A DNA stretch of 64,000 nt, taken from the NCBI RefSeq assembly GCF_963921235.1, contig NC_086118.1:24926001-24990000 (forward strand), in the 5' to 3' direction. Each line of letters starts with the position of its first letter. Position 1 is the stretch's first letter. Below, one piece after another: positions 48,188 through 61,051 of this stretch. The notes under the pieces were generated by a model. That model saw nothing but the letters and a program-made list of their open reading frames with translations. It ran no database searches and was not told the origin of the DNA. A program made the translations under genes and the position numbers. This stretch comes from Mobula hypostoma (lineage: Eukaryota).

Positions 48188-48832
48188 TGAGTTGGCCTTT
48201 ATTGCTAGAGGGACTGAACTTAAGAGCAGGGATGTTATGCTGCAACTGTATAGGGCACTGAAGAGGCCGCACCTGGAGTACTGCATGCAGTTCTGGTCTC
48301 CTTACTTGAGGAAGGATATACTGGCTTTGGAGGCGGTTCAGAAGATGTTTATCAGGTTGATTCCAGAGATGAGGGGGTTAGACTATGAGGAGAGATTAAG
48401 TGGCCTGGGACTGTTCTAACTGGAACTTAGAAGGATGAGAGGAGATCTTATAGAAACACAAAATGATGAGAAGGATAGATAGGATAGAGACAGGAAAGTC
48501 ATTTCCACTGGTAGGCGAGAATAGAACTAGGGGACATAGCCTCAAGATTCAGGGGAGTAAATTTAGGACAAAGAGGAGGAGGAACTGCTTTTCCCAAAGA
48601 GTGGTGAATCTGTGGAATTCTCTGCCCAATGAAGCAGTAGAGGCTACCTCAGTAAATATATTTACGTTTGTAAGGCAAGGTGGGATCATTTTTGCATAGC
48701 AGGGGAATTAAGGTTTCTGGGGAAAAGGCAGGTGGGTGGAGATGAGTCCATGGTCAGATCAGCCATGATCTTATTGAATGGCATATCAGGCTTGATGGGC
48801 CAGATGGCCTAATCCTTCTCATGTTCTTATGC
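48188..48832 (+). mobile_element. CR1 3' end (ORF2 C-terminus plus UTR)
   Basis: LAFIARGTELKSRDVMLQLYRALKRPHLEYCMQFWSPYLRKD...RTRGHSLKIQG...FSQRVVNLWNSLP. Confidence 0.9.
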
Positions 48833-49589
48833 CTGATTGTATTTGAGAGTTGCTTATAAATGACCTCCTGCTGCTTATAAAGGGCTTCTTTGTACGCCTT
48901 GTGAATGGACTCAAGGTTCTCGGTACCATCCTGAATGCTACTACTCCACCTAGAGATCTCCAAGAGTCTGTGGTTGTCCCTTTGGCATCTCCAGTCATCT
49001 CATAACCCCAAAAGTTACAACAAAGGAAGACTCTGATCTCACGGGACTGCCCAAGGTGAGAAAGACACTGATAAAGATTCCTTTGACTGCTTTTTTTTCA
49101 GTTTTATTTTGGAATCAATTTCTAATATTTGTAATGGAAACCCAACCAAAAAAATTCACAAACTCCTTTACAGCTGTGTTACAAAGCAACAACATTCCCC
49201 ATTTTCAAGGGGAAATAGCTGACTTGACTTTTGTTTTGAAGATTACTTGCACAACACAGCTTTCTGTAATAAAGAAACCTTCAATGAAGTAAAATGTCAA
49301 AATGCTCAATCTGATCTATAATGAAAGAGCTAAAGAGAGAATCTTCTGAATTCATGTTCCATTCTACAAATGATCCTCCTTAATCATTACTCTAGTTGTC
49401 AACAACAATCCATTGGCTTTCCATATAGGCCCTTCACAAGAAAATGCAATTGACTTTCCCCCAAATAAATGAAGTATCAAGGGAGGTGGGGCTGCTAAAG
49501 ACAATTGTAAAATATGAAGCTGGAAGCTGCACTTGGCTTCCTCTTGATATGCATACCATTGTAGAAGCTGGTCTTCTGCTAGCATCAAG

Positions 49590-50620
49590 AAATGGCCAGG
49601 AGCACTGGATGCAGCAATAGCTATGGGATGGGCAGCATCCCAGTCATCATATGGAGGAAGTGCACTCCAAAACTAGCTACATTACTCATCAAGTTTTTCC
49701 AATAAAGTTAGAGTATTGGCATCTGCCTCATTAAATGGAAAGCTATCCAGCCATATCCCTTTTAGAAAACCCAAGACAAATTTAATTTAGCTAATTACTG
49801 CTCAGTTACTCTACTTTCAGTCATCAATCAAGTGATGGGATATGTCTTTGACAATGCTATCAAGCAGCAGCTTGTCAGCAATAACTAACTCATCAATGCT
49901 GAGACTAGCTTTCACCTGGACCACTCTGCTCCAAACAGGTGTCAATGAGTCAAATGTGCAAGGAAAAGTAAGAGTGATTAAGTAGGAAATCAAAGTATAA
50001 CTCAAGGAATTCTAGAACCAATGGACATCATGGGAAAACATTCCAGTGATTGGAGTCAGACCCTGTACAGAGGAAGTTAACCATGTTTGATGGGCATCAG
50101 TCACCCTAGTTTAGGGCAACACTGCTACAGCTTCTCAGGACAATCCTAGTCCCAACCATCTTCAACAATGACCTCCCTTCCATCATAAAATCAGAAGTGA
50201 AAATACTTGATCACAATTGCATAAGGTCTAATTCCATTTGCAGTTCCTCAGCAAATGAATCAGCCATGCTTGCATGCAGAAAGACTTTGCATTTAGGCTT
50301 AGGCAAATAAACAGTAAATAACATTAGAAGTGCCAGGCGATCATCTTCCCCAACAAGACCAAGGCTAACTCTACCCTAGATATTCAGTGGCACTGACATT
50401 GACATCACTGAGTCTCCCACCTTCAAAATCTTGTGGTTGCTATTGACCAGGCACTCATTTCAACCTTCTACTGTACATAAATACAGTGGCTTCAAGAGCA
50501 GGTCAGAGTTTCATATTGTGCAGTGAGTGATTTATTCCCTTTCCACCCTGTATAAGACACTAGTCAATAGTAAAATAGAATACACTACACCTACCTGGAA
50601 GAGTACAGCTCTAACACTTA
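49590..50620 (+). mobile_element. Ancient CR1-group RT fragment
   Basis: cctagtcccaaccatcttcaacaatgacctcccttccatcataaaatcagaagtg (L.PTIF..NDLPSIIKSEV); LYKTLVNSKIEYTTPTW-like motif at ~50550-50600. Confidence 0.55.
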
Positions 50621-50621
50621 A

Positions 50622-50745
50622 GGGTGCTCCAGTTTCCTCCCACATTTCGAGGATGTATGGGTTATTAAGTTAATTGGTCTCATGAGTACAATTGGGTGGT
50701 GCAGGCTCATTGGGTCGGGAAGAGGTGTTACCATGCTATACCTTT
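50622..50745 (+). mobile_element. Partial V-SINE
   Basis: gggtgctccagtttcctcccacatttcgaggatgtatggg. Confidence 0.6.
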
Positions 50746-51207
50746 GAGCAAATTTTAAAAAATACATTTAAGATACTGAAATACATCCAGGGCCAAACAA
50801 TCTTCTTGATTTGTATCCTACCCACCAGACTAAGCATTCATTTCTGTTACTAGTGGGATACAGGATGAATGTATTTAATCTCAGTTCAAAATCAAGATGA
50901 ACCTTTGGCATGAATACAAGAAGCAAAGGAAAGGGAGAAATTGGCAATCACCCATAGATACCACGACTCTGTTGAATAGGAGTGGATATTATTTTAAAAT
51001 TGAACTTTCTGTCCATAATGAGACACCATAGCTACTTCCTTAATGCTCTTTGAGAATAAACACAATGTTTGTACTGGGGGGGCAAATACTGTGCTGTTTG
51101 TTCCAAAGCAGCACATCAATAGATCATCAATCAAGCTACCTCTCTGCATTTAATGCAAGAGCAACAAAAGGAAGCCCGTTCTTGTGGCTTTGGCAGAAAG
51201 AGTAATA

Positions 51208-52870
51208 CAGATTGAGTACCTCTTATCCAAAATTCCAAAGTCCAAAAACCTAAATCCAAATTTTTTCTTTGAGCCCTGACTTGACGTCCCAAATGGAACA
51301 TTCCACAAGACACTGGGAATGTTCCCAGGCAATGCACAGGTCTCTCATGCAAAGACAGTTCTGAGAAGTGACATCTCTTATGTTATTAAAAAATAGAAAA
51401 ACACTGCATAAAGCAAAAAGTAAAGATCTCAATCGTGTATTGTCAGCATGGGAGTGAACATATGCTGCTTAATGGTTTGCTGATCGTGAAACAAGCAAAG
51501 ATCAGTCACGACAAACTGAAAATTGAAGGTAATTGGGAATATCTAGCAGGCTGGTTGCAGAAATTTAAAAGGCATGGCATTAAATTTTTAAAGCATCAGC
51601 TGATCAGGAAAATCTAGCACCAGAACAAGTCTACGATGCTGATTGTTTTTATACTTTACATTATGCATTAAATTTTTAAAGCATTGCTGATGAAAATCTA
51701 AGCCAGAACAAGTCTACAATGCTGATTGTTTTTATCTTACATAAAACCTAAAAGAAAGTAAAATACAAATACTGTGCATTATAACCCTTTAATCAAAACG
51801 TGGCATTATCGTAGCTAGAGACAAAGCCTGCCACATTATATTTTCATTATGTTAATGGTATGTAGTAACTTTTACTGTTAAGTACATATGTGTGATGAAC
51901 AAATGAAAGACAAAGACTGCTTACCGATAGCACATAAATTCAGATTCAGAAATGATGGTGATCCCAACCATTGTGGGTAGAATCTCAGATGAAGACGAGA
52001 GGGCGTACAAGAGTGAGATATGCCAACTAATGGAGTGGTGCCGCAGCAACAACCTGGCACTCAACGTCAGTAAGATGAAAGAGTTGATTGTGGACTTCAG
52101 GAAGGATAAGATGATGGAACACATACCAATCCTGATAGAGGGATCAGAAGTGGAGACAGTGAGCATTTCAAGTTCCAGGGTGTCAAGATTTCTAACCTGG
52201 TCCCAACATATCAACGTATTTATAAAGAAAGCAAGACAGTGGCTATACTTCATTAGGAGCTTGAAGAGATTTGGTATGTCAACATATACACTCAAAAACT
52301 TCTATAGATGTACTGTGGAGAGCAGTCTGACAGGCTGCATCACTGTCTGGTATGGAAGGGGTGTCTCCTGCACAGGGTTGTAAATCCAGTCAGCTCCATC
52401 TTGTGTACTAGCCTGCAAAGTACCCAGGACATCTTCAGGGAGCAGGGTCTCAGAAAGGCAGCGTCCATTACTAAGGACCTCCAGCACCCAGGGCATGCTC
52501 TTTTCTCACTGTTACCATCAGGTAGGAGGTACAGAAGCCTGAAGGCACACACTCAGCGATTCAGGAACAGCTTCTTCCTCTCTGCCATACAATTCCTAAA
52601 TAGACATTGAACCCCTGGACACTACCTCACTTTTTTTTAATATACAGTATTTCTGATTTTTGCACATTTTAAATCTATTCAATATATGTATACTGTAATT
52701 TATTTATTTATTTATTCCCCTCTATATTATGTATTGCATTGAACTGCTGCTGCTGTTAACAAATTTCTCGTCACATACCTGTGATAATAAACCTGATTCT
52801 GATATACAGGTATTCCAAAATCCAAAACACTACCAGCCCCAGGCATTTCAGATAAGGGATACTTAATACG
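51208..52870 (+). mobile_element. Tigger4/MER46-like (pogo) DNA transposon relic with nested LINE
   Basis: TA-flanked TIRs (TA|CAGATTGAGTACCTCTTATCC ... CAGATAAGGGATACTTAATACG|TA); LNGLLIVKQAKISHDKLKIEGNWEYLAGWLQKFKRHGIKFLK resembles the CENP-B-type HTH. Confidence 0.85.
51960..52803 (+). mobile_element. Rex1/Babar-like LINE 3' part nested in the Tigger relic
   Basis: TIVGRISDEDERAYKSEICQLMEWCRSNNLALNVSKMKELIVDFRK...KKARQWLYFIRSLKRFG...HPGHALFSLLPSGRRYRSLKAHTQRFRNSFF; tail taataaacctgattctga. Confidence 0.9.
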
Positions 52871-53608
52871 TACAAACTCTCTTGTGGCTTATAAAATAAT
52901 AGAGAATGAGAATTAATGTATAAGCTCTTAAGTGGATATGTGCTGTGAAATGGTAAGATGCTGTTTAATATCTGATCCTTCTGGGGGTCAAGAATTCCAA
53001 GATTTCAGTTTATTTTTGAGGACAAAGAAATGTGCAAATATTAAGCAAACTAAGTAAAGAACTGAAAAATGATGCTAAGGAGGGAATTCATGCTAAGACA
53101 AAAGAATAAAGATGGCGCTTTTGAGAAATCCATCACTTCTATAGATAAGATAAAGAAATTCCTTAGATAGAGACCAATTAGTTAATAGGCTATATAATTA
53201 AAACACTTGCCTCATGTGGGTAATGTGCTAATACTTAGCCAATGAAAATGAGGAAGGTGATAAGTCATTAGTTTAGCTGCTGTACCACTTTCTGCCGGTG
53301 TGTCTGAAAAATACATGTTTGTTTAAAAAGTACAAACCTTATGAAAAGTATTATCTATAAAAAAAATTGGTTTCCAACAATAGTGTTAATAAACTGAAGA
53401 AATGATTAAGTAAGATTATGAAAGATGACCTTAATGAATATTATATCTGCAAGCACCAGCTTTCTCATGACGTGATTTTGAGGTACTGCTGTTATGTATT
53501 TTGCTTCAGTTTTAATTGGGTGGCTTTTCTGAACCTATACTCAACCATTTGACATCTTGGTATTTTGTAAAATTCACAATTAAAATTGTTTTTTTTAAAA
53601 AAAAACAG

Positions 53609-53697
53609 GATTGACAATTCTAAAAGGAAGGAAGAAGGCCATTCATGATTTCACTGCCTTTAACTCTCTAGACCTGATGTGGAGGTACAAAATCTGG
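53609..53697 (+). CDS. Candidate isolated internal exon of unknown gene (weak)
   Basis: ttttttttaaaaaaaaacag|GA...TGG|gtaact; 89 nt, only one frame open: LTILKGRKKAIHDFTAFNSLDLMWRYKIW; unique-sequence flanks; protein not recognised. Confidence 0.25.
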
Positions 53698-54489
53698 GTA
53701 ACTCTGTAGGAAAGCTATTAATATTTTCCATTATGGAAGAACGCATAATTTATTTCAATTTATTTACTATGCTATATTCCCCAAATAGTTTTTTCACATA
53801 ATTACCCACTTTATTCAGCTGTAAAAAAGACTTTTGACATTTAAGTTACCAATTTGCTGTAATTAAATTCATGAAAATAGAATTAATACCATGCTGATGC
53901 TGGTAGATCTTTCAATATTAGAGCTGAACCTTTGCACGTGTTATGTAAATGCAACAATGTATTTGATTAAAAATTTACTCCTGTATTGTTAGGTTAACAG
54001 GCAGCCAAACCTCAGGCAGAATTTATGATCACTCCAGTCATTTACAATTAAGTAGATCCTCTTACTCTATTGTAAATGAACAATGGGCATTAAATTTTCA
54101 TCGGTCCAGAAGTATTCCTTTTTTGGGGCTTTAATTCCTCATGTGCATTCCATATGTTCAGTGTCACAGACCAATTGTGTGAGCAACCAATGCACTGAGT
54201 CTTTACAGATTTTGTTTATTGTACCAGGTCTTTGGCTTTGTTGCATGTTTAAATGCCTTCTACAAATCAAAAATGGTAGAAAAATGTCTGAAGTTAGTAC
54301 TGCAGCATATATTGTATAAGGCACTCTGTGTGTGCAATGTTAAGTACTGTATTCCCAAACAGTGGGTTTAAACATCAGAAGGGCTACTTAGAGCTAGGGT
54401 TTCATATTCCTACAAAAGACTGTTGGGCTATCATCACCAGTTCGCCACACTGGTTTTTCCAAGCTTGCCCCATGCACTTACTAACTTCC

Positions 54490-54690
54490 TTAAAAGACGT
54501 CCACTTGTCAACTTTCATTTTGCCCTTAAGCATCTATTTCCAATCTTCTTTTACCAAGCCCCCTCTTATACCATTGAAATCAGCCTTCCCCAAATTCAAG
54601 ACCTTAACTTGAGGACCAAGCTTATCTCTTTCCATAACTGCCTTGAACTTTACAGAATTATGGTCACTGTTCTCAAAAGTATTTAACCTA
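54490..54690 (-). mobile_element. CR1 endonuclease-region fragment
   Basis: Minus strand FENSDHNSVKFKAVMERDKLGPQVKVLNLGKADFNGIR. Confidence 0.7.
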
Positions 54691-57335
54691 TCCAGCAACT
54701 CCCACCCTGGCCAGTTTTATTTAGGGTGGAATCAAAATTTTCCGGCAAATTGAGGAGAGACATAGTCAAGTGCAAACCCACAGTGTTAAATGGTGGGTGA
54801 AGTGTCTCCAAACTGCAATGTTAACTCTGTTACTCTTCCCACTGATGTGTCCTGAGCTACTGAGTATTTCCTGCATTTTCTGTTTTTACTTCAGATAAAC
54901 ACTTGGAATTATATGGTGAGAAGTGAGGGTGGTTGTTCTTTTTGGAGGCTAGTCAACACAGCATCAGTAGATAACCTCCACGATTCCTTGGCACTGTTCT
55001 TAGCCCAGTCAATGTCAACTGTATCATCAATGACCTTCTTGTTTGCTAATGTATCTACAGTATTAAGCTATTCTCATAACTCCTTTAATAATGAACAGCT
55101 TATTCCAGTCTTAGCCAAAAGCTGCATGACATCCAGAGTCTCTTTGCCATTCATTAATCCAAAATTGGCAATGTGACAGAATGCTGACCACTTGCCTGAG
55201 TGACTACATTTGGATTTCTAGTTTTGCGGTATTAAATATAAAGTTCGTCCTTTCAGTGCCTCTAGTCTGAGAATATTCATCTTCTCTACTCTGTGGCACA
55301 GTTTATCCTGTTTCAGAATGGTCTCATTCAGCTATGTTGGAAATCCTTTTCAGTCCCATTAAGTGCTATGAGGAAGGGCATGCTGCAAGACAGTGAGATA
55401 CCATAACCTCCTAAGGAACATACTATACATGATCTGGACTTGCTAATTCCTCATCTGGCACTGGGCAAATACCTGGAATTTTCTACCTTGTGTAATAATT
55501 GGAATAAAATCTCAGCCAAGGGTCTGCAGTGGTTCAAAAATTGGCCATTTGTGTAATTACGGCAGGACAACTAAAGGCAACTGCAACATACTGTATGAAG
55601 GTCTTTAAGAACAGTATTAATAAGAAGATAGGCAAAATTAAGTCCAGTCCTTCCTTAATACCATTTTAACAATTGAGAAGAAAGCAATATGATCGAATAC
55701 TAAGGGTAAAAAGGCCTAAATTTCCCAATGTCCATATGTTTTTCTCAGTCTATACTGGTTTATTAACATTGCATACACTTATAGAAGAACAGTAAATTAG
55801 ACTGTAGCTTCTTTCTGGTGTTAGATTTCACATCCTTTCTGTTATTCTAATTTAAGAAATAGCTATGGGAAGCATTAAAACAAAGTGGAACCAGCATTTC
55901 ACTGATAAAGAATGTGTTACCTACCAATTTTAAAATTATCCAGATTGAGTTTAGACAGCAATGCAGGATCAGATCCAAGCCATTGATCACTGCTATTCTT
56001 TTCACTATCATTAAAATGCTGTTTCATTAACTCTTTCTTGCCATTAACATTGTAACAGAGGAGTAAATAACAGCACTCCAACTATATGAGGAAATCTTTG
56101 CTGACATGGGTTGAAAGCAGTGTCGGTTGTTATCTTTAAAAGAATTCTCACATTTTTTAAAATGTTGTCTCTATATATCATTGAGAGTTGCATACAAGTG
56201 ACTTTTCAAGTGAAACTAAATTAGTGTCTCACTGAATTGCCATGACGTTGCAAGCTGTATCACAGATTTATCATGGGCTGAAGGGCTGTACTTTTTTCGA
56301 TGTTCTCTATTAAATGGAGAGCCTTATATAAGGGTTTCATGGCATATTATATTGAAGTTTGGTCGGTGACCTATAAAATTAACCAAAAACACTGCAGGCA
56401 ATCATTTAATTAGAACAACACTCTGAGTCCTAAAGGGTTTTGGCTGTGTACAATAATATTTATTTTAGGGATCTTGTACTGTTCACTTAATTTTACATTA
56501 AGCAAATGGAATAGCTGTGACCTAGTTAAGTTGCACCATTGTTGAACTGTCTCTTTCTCTGCTGATTTTAGCAGTCTGCTGTGTCGAGTTTCCCTGCTTC
56601 CAGGATTATGTCTCAGGGAAACATTTAGGTCCTTCATTTTACTTGCAACTTGTTTTAAATGGGAGAATTTGTGCCATTTACAATAGCTGATGTCCTAGGG
56701 GAGTTGATGGGTAGTAGGGTAGTATTTATTATACAGGAGCATGCTAGCTCCATTCTAAAATTACATAATTTTCCCCTGTGCCATATGTTTTTACAACAAG
56801 ATTTATAACTAAATAGAATAACCTCTGGCAATTTGGGGTATGGTATGTTTTGCATCATTGTGGTTTTTCTTCATGCCAAGCAATTGAAGCTTAAGAGCTG
56901 GAAAATTGTGGGACGATGGTGCCAAAACTGACTGCAGAGTGCAATTACAGCATGATCAATTTCCAATGATAAAATGTGAACACAGGAATTTTATATGCCA
57001 TCTACAGAAAGCAGGCCACAGCCACATAACACAGCAAATGACATTGCAAAAAAATCACTAATGCATTACTGACAGTACCATAGACACAACCTTTTGTTAG
57101 TTCCAGCAGCTGAGGTTGAGAGTGTGGACATTACAGACCTCTTTGTTTTGATCCTAATATTGAAACAAGCAACACAGAGGTGGTCAGGTGAACCTTTGGA
57201 ACTCAATTCTTGTGCAAATTTGAATGCTGCAATTTTAACTACAGTATGAAAGTATTTGTATTTTGCCTTCATTCTATATATAAGTACCTCATATAGTGTC
57301 TTGATATAAATTAAACTATTTAGCTTTCACTGTAA

Positions 57336-58257
57336 CTCAGACTTCAACTACTGCACAGACTCTTGCCATCTTCTGAAGTTTTCTGATGACTCTGCCATAG
57401 TTGAATACATCAGCAAGGGAGATGAGGCTGAGTACAGGGCTACGGTAGGAAACTTTGTTACATGGTGTGAGCAGAATTATCTGCAGCTTAATGTGAAAAA
57501 GACTAAGGAGCTGGTGGTAGACCTGAGGAGAGCTAAGGTACCGGTGACCCCTGTTTCCATCCAGGGTGTCAGTGTGGACATGGTGGAGGATTACAAATAC
57601 CTGGGGATACGAATTGACAATAAACTGGACTGGGCAAAGAACACTGAGGCTGTCTACAAGAAGGGACAGAGCCGTCTCTATTTCCTGAGGAGACTGAGGT
57701 CCTTTAACATCTGCCGGACGATGCTGAGGATGTTCTACGAGTCTGTGGTGGCCAGTGCTATCACGTTTGCTGGTGTGTGCTGGGGCAGCAGGCTGAGGGT
57801 AGCAGACACCAACAGAATCAACAAACCCATTCGTAAGGCCAGTGATGTTGTAGGGATGGAACTGGACTCTCTGACGGTGGTGTCTGAAAAGAGGATGCTG
57901 TCCAAGTTGCATGCCATCTTGGACAATGTCTCCCATCCACTTCATAATGTACTGGTTGGGCACAGGAGTACATTCAGCCAGAGACTCGTTCCACCAAGAT
58001 GCAACACTGAGCATCATAGGAAGTCATTCCTGCCTGTGGCTATCAAACTTTACAACTCCAACCTTGGAGGGTCAGACACCCTGAGCCAATAGGCTGGTCC
58101 TGGACTTATTTCCATCTGGCATAATTTACATATTATTATTTAATTATTTATGGCTTTATGTTGCTATATTTATACTCTATTCTTGGTTGGTGCAACAGTA
58201 ACGAAACCCAATTTCCCTCAGGATCAATTCAGTATGTCTATCTATCTATCTATCTAT
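57336..58257 (+). mobile_element. Young 5'-truncated Rex1/Babar-like LINE with open RT C-terminal frame
   Basis: Open frame 57337-58092 (SDFNYCTDSCHLLKFSDDSAIV...LQLNVKKTKELVVDLRR...YKYLGIRIDNKLDW...KKGQSRLYFLRRLRSF...SFLPVAIKLYN); (TCTA)n tail; CTGTAA repeat at 57330-57335 and 58258-58263. Confidence 0.92.
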
Positions 58258-58258
58258 C
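58237..58258 (+). repeat. (TCTA)n microsatellite forming the LINE tail
   Basis: tctatctatctatctatctatc. Confidence 0.9.
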
Positions 58259-58354
58259 TGTAAATTGACCACCTGGTATGTTTAGCTTTTTAAAGTTGAA
58301 TGTATTTAGAACTCCACGGACATTTTGCACAATGATCCTAGGTCTTTCAGATAG

Positions 58355-58645
58355 GCATCCGTTAGTCTCGTGAGACCACGGGTTTGCGCCTTGGAAGGTT
58401 TCCAGGGCGCAGGCCTGGGTAAGGTTGTATGGAAGACCGACAGTTGCCCATGCTGCATGTCTCCCCTCTCCACGCCACCCATGTTGTCTAAGGGAAGGGC
58501 ATTAGGACCCATACAGCTTGGCACCGGTGTCGTCGCAGAGCAATGTGTGTTTAAGTTCCTTGCTCAAGGACACAATATGCTCGAACTAGCAACCTTCAGA
58601 TCACTAGACGAACGCCTTAACTACTTGGCTACGGGCCCACACACA
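58355..58645 (-). mobile_element. tRNA-derived CORE-like SINE with RTE-type tail, 8-bp TSD
   Basis: Reverse complement of the 11825-12131 family; TCAGATAG at 58347-58354 and 58646-58653. Confidence 0.85.
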
Positions 58646-59328
58646 TCAGATAGATAATTAAGTTCAATATAACTTTGCCCATTCAATTTACATTACAGCA
58701 GTAGTGAGGAGTAGCTTCCAAAGGTTTTTCTTGAATATGACCACTTAGCTCTGACTTTAAAACTTGAAGAATAAGCTACTCTGGTGGTTTAGTGAGTTTT
58801 GCAATAAGTTGTACACGTTGAGGAGGTCCCAGATTTGTTCATTAATCACTTGAACGGCATTGCGCATTCCAGTTTCTTGGCATCAGTGGAATCATCTTTC
58901 AGAAAGAAGTCATTGCTTCATTTTAAGCAGCTGGAGCCAGAAACAAAAAATAAAATACCCTGATAAAATTTCTGAAAATTAGAGAACTCAAATTGTTGGA
59001 TTGTGTTTTGTTTTTGTTTGCTTCAATACCTGAGGAATGCATGGATCTATTTACTTATTTTACAGTTTTGGTCAAGACCAGAATAGTTATGTTGACAGAA
59101 CAGTAGTACAATTTCCTTTTATTCATCAGGAGTAACTTTTATAAAACTGGCCAGTTATCTGTTTCTACCAATCCTTTATCCTCTCTTAGATTTTATGTTG
59201 CCTCATTCGCGGCCTCTAATTTTCTGTAAGTGATCTTAATTTCTTTTACGCTTAAAATGCCCAAGACAATACTACAATATTATGTTATGTGATTGTCTTT
59301 CTTTTCATCCATTTATGGTTGTTTTAAT

Positions 59329-59940
59329 CAACACACACAAAATTCTGGAAGAACTCAGTATCTATGGGCAGATTCATGGATAGAAAAGTTTTAGAGGGTT
59401 AATGGGCCAAATGCAGGCAAATGGGACTAGTTCCATCTATGGAAGCATCTATGGAAAAAAAGAGTACAGTCCATGTTTCGGACCGAGATCCTTTGGCAGG
59501 TCTGGAGAAAAAAAGATGAGGGGTAGATTTAAAAGGTAGGGGAGGGGACAGAGAAACACAAGGTGAAAGGTGAAACTGGGAGGGGGAGGGGTGAAGTAAA
59601 GAGCTTTGAAGTTGATTGGCTGGAGAAGGGAGAGTCTGATAGGAGAGGACAGAGGCTCTGGAAGAAAGAAAAGGGCGGGGGGGGGGAGCACCAGAGGGAG
59701 GCAATGGGCAGGCAAGAAGATAAGGTCAGAGAATGGTGAAGGGGTGGGGAGGGAGGGCATTACTGGAAGTTTGAGAAGTTGATGTTCATGCCATTGGGTT
59801 GGAATATAAGGTGTTGTTCCTCCAATCTGAGTGTGGCCTCATTATGACAGTTGAGGAGGCCATGGATCAACATATCAGAATGGGAAATGAAATTAAAATG
59901 GTTGGTCACTTGGGAGATCTCGCTTCTTCTGACAGAAAGA
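59329..59940 (-). mobile_element. Penelope-like element 3' part containing a 70-bp templated insertion
   Basis: VTNHFNFISHSDMLIHGLLNCHNEATLRLEEQHLIFQPNGMNINFSNFQ; pLTR at 59329-59504. Confidence 0.85.
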
Positions 59941-60054
59941 TTATTCTGATCTTTCTTTTCCTTCATTATATCTTCTGTATTCCAATTTCTTTTACTTTTC
60001 AATTACATGCCAAAACTTTGTTCTGATAAGTCAAGGACCACAAGTGAATAGACT

Positions 60055-60360
60055 CACAGAGTAAAGCAGGCCCTTTGGCCCAACTCATCCATGCTGACTA
60101 ATCTGGTTCCCTGAACTAGTCCCATTTGCCTGCATTTGGCCCATTAACCCTCTAAAACTTTTCTATCCATGAATCTGCCCATGTGTCTTTTAAACATTTC
60201 AACTCTTCCTGCCCCTACCTTTGGTATCTCATTCCATATACCCACCACCCTCGTGTGTGAAAAAACATGATTTGAAGGTCTCCTTTAGATCTTCCCCTTC
60301 TTGTCTTTTACCAATATCTTCCAGATTTCGATTCCCCTAGCCAGGGATAAAAGACTGTAA
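60055..60360 (-). mobile_element. CR1 3' end fragment
   Basis: caggccctttggcccaactcatccatgctgac...tagtcccatttgcctgcatttggccca...cattccatatacccaccaccctc. Confidence 0.8.
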
Positions 60361-61051
60361 TAGCTGGTAAGAAAATATATTATAAGTTTGGGCAAGGAGA
60401 TTGCATAACACAATTCTGTGGAGACGTGAATACGGATTTTCGATGGCTTTTTGATCTAGTTGATAACAGCAACAGATCAGCTCAGCAGAAATGCTTCAAT
60501 GCCAACTGAAAAGACAGTGTACAGACAGTACTCACCCTGATAACTGGGGTCCCTTCTGGTCTTTCTGACTTGATTTAACAAGTGACTGCTCATGCAGTGC
60601 TCTGTGGATGCAATAGATTTAATTAATTTCATCTACAAAGAGATACGAAATGATTACACTGTTGTCAAGTGAAGTGGTTCTGATAACTCTCCGCATTCAG
60701 CGTTCATGCAGGAATCTCCAGGACTCCGCTGTGGAAAACTGCAGGGGCTGCTGATTATTAAAATGATTTTGACAGTCAAGAAATGCAAAATTAATATAAT
60801 TAAGTAATAAAGCAATTTACAAAAGCAGCCTTTAAGAAAGGATAAAACACAAATGTGTGATTAAATCTCAGAGTAACCGATGATTTTGTTTATTTTTGGT
60901 GATTATCCTGCAATGGGTTACAGCAAATCGTGCTCTGGGCATGTGGTATAAAATGGAGTTGCCATTCCTATTGCATGTAAAAGATTCCAGAGCCCAGTTC
61001 AAATAAGATAAGTTCTTGCATTTCCCTGCATAACAACTGTGACTGCTAAAA

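Noticed and set aside
57337..58017. Longest ORF in the track (226 aa, minus strand)
   Set aside because: It is the antisense shadow of the open Rex1/Babar-like RT frame on the plus strand; no independent support
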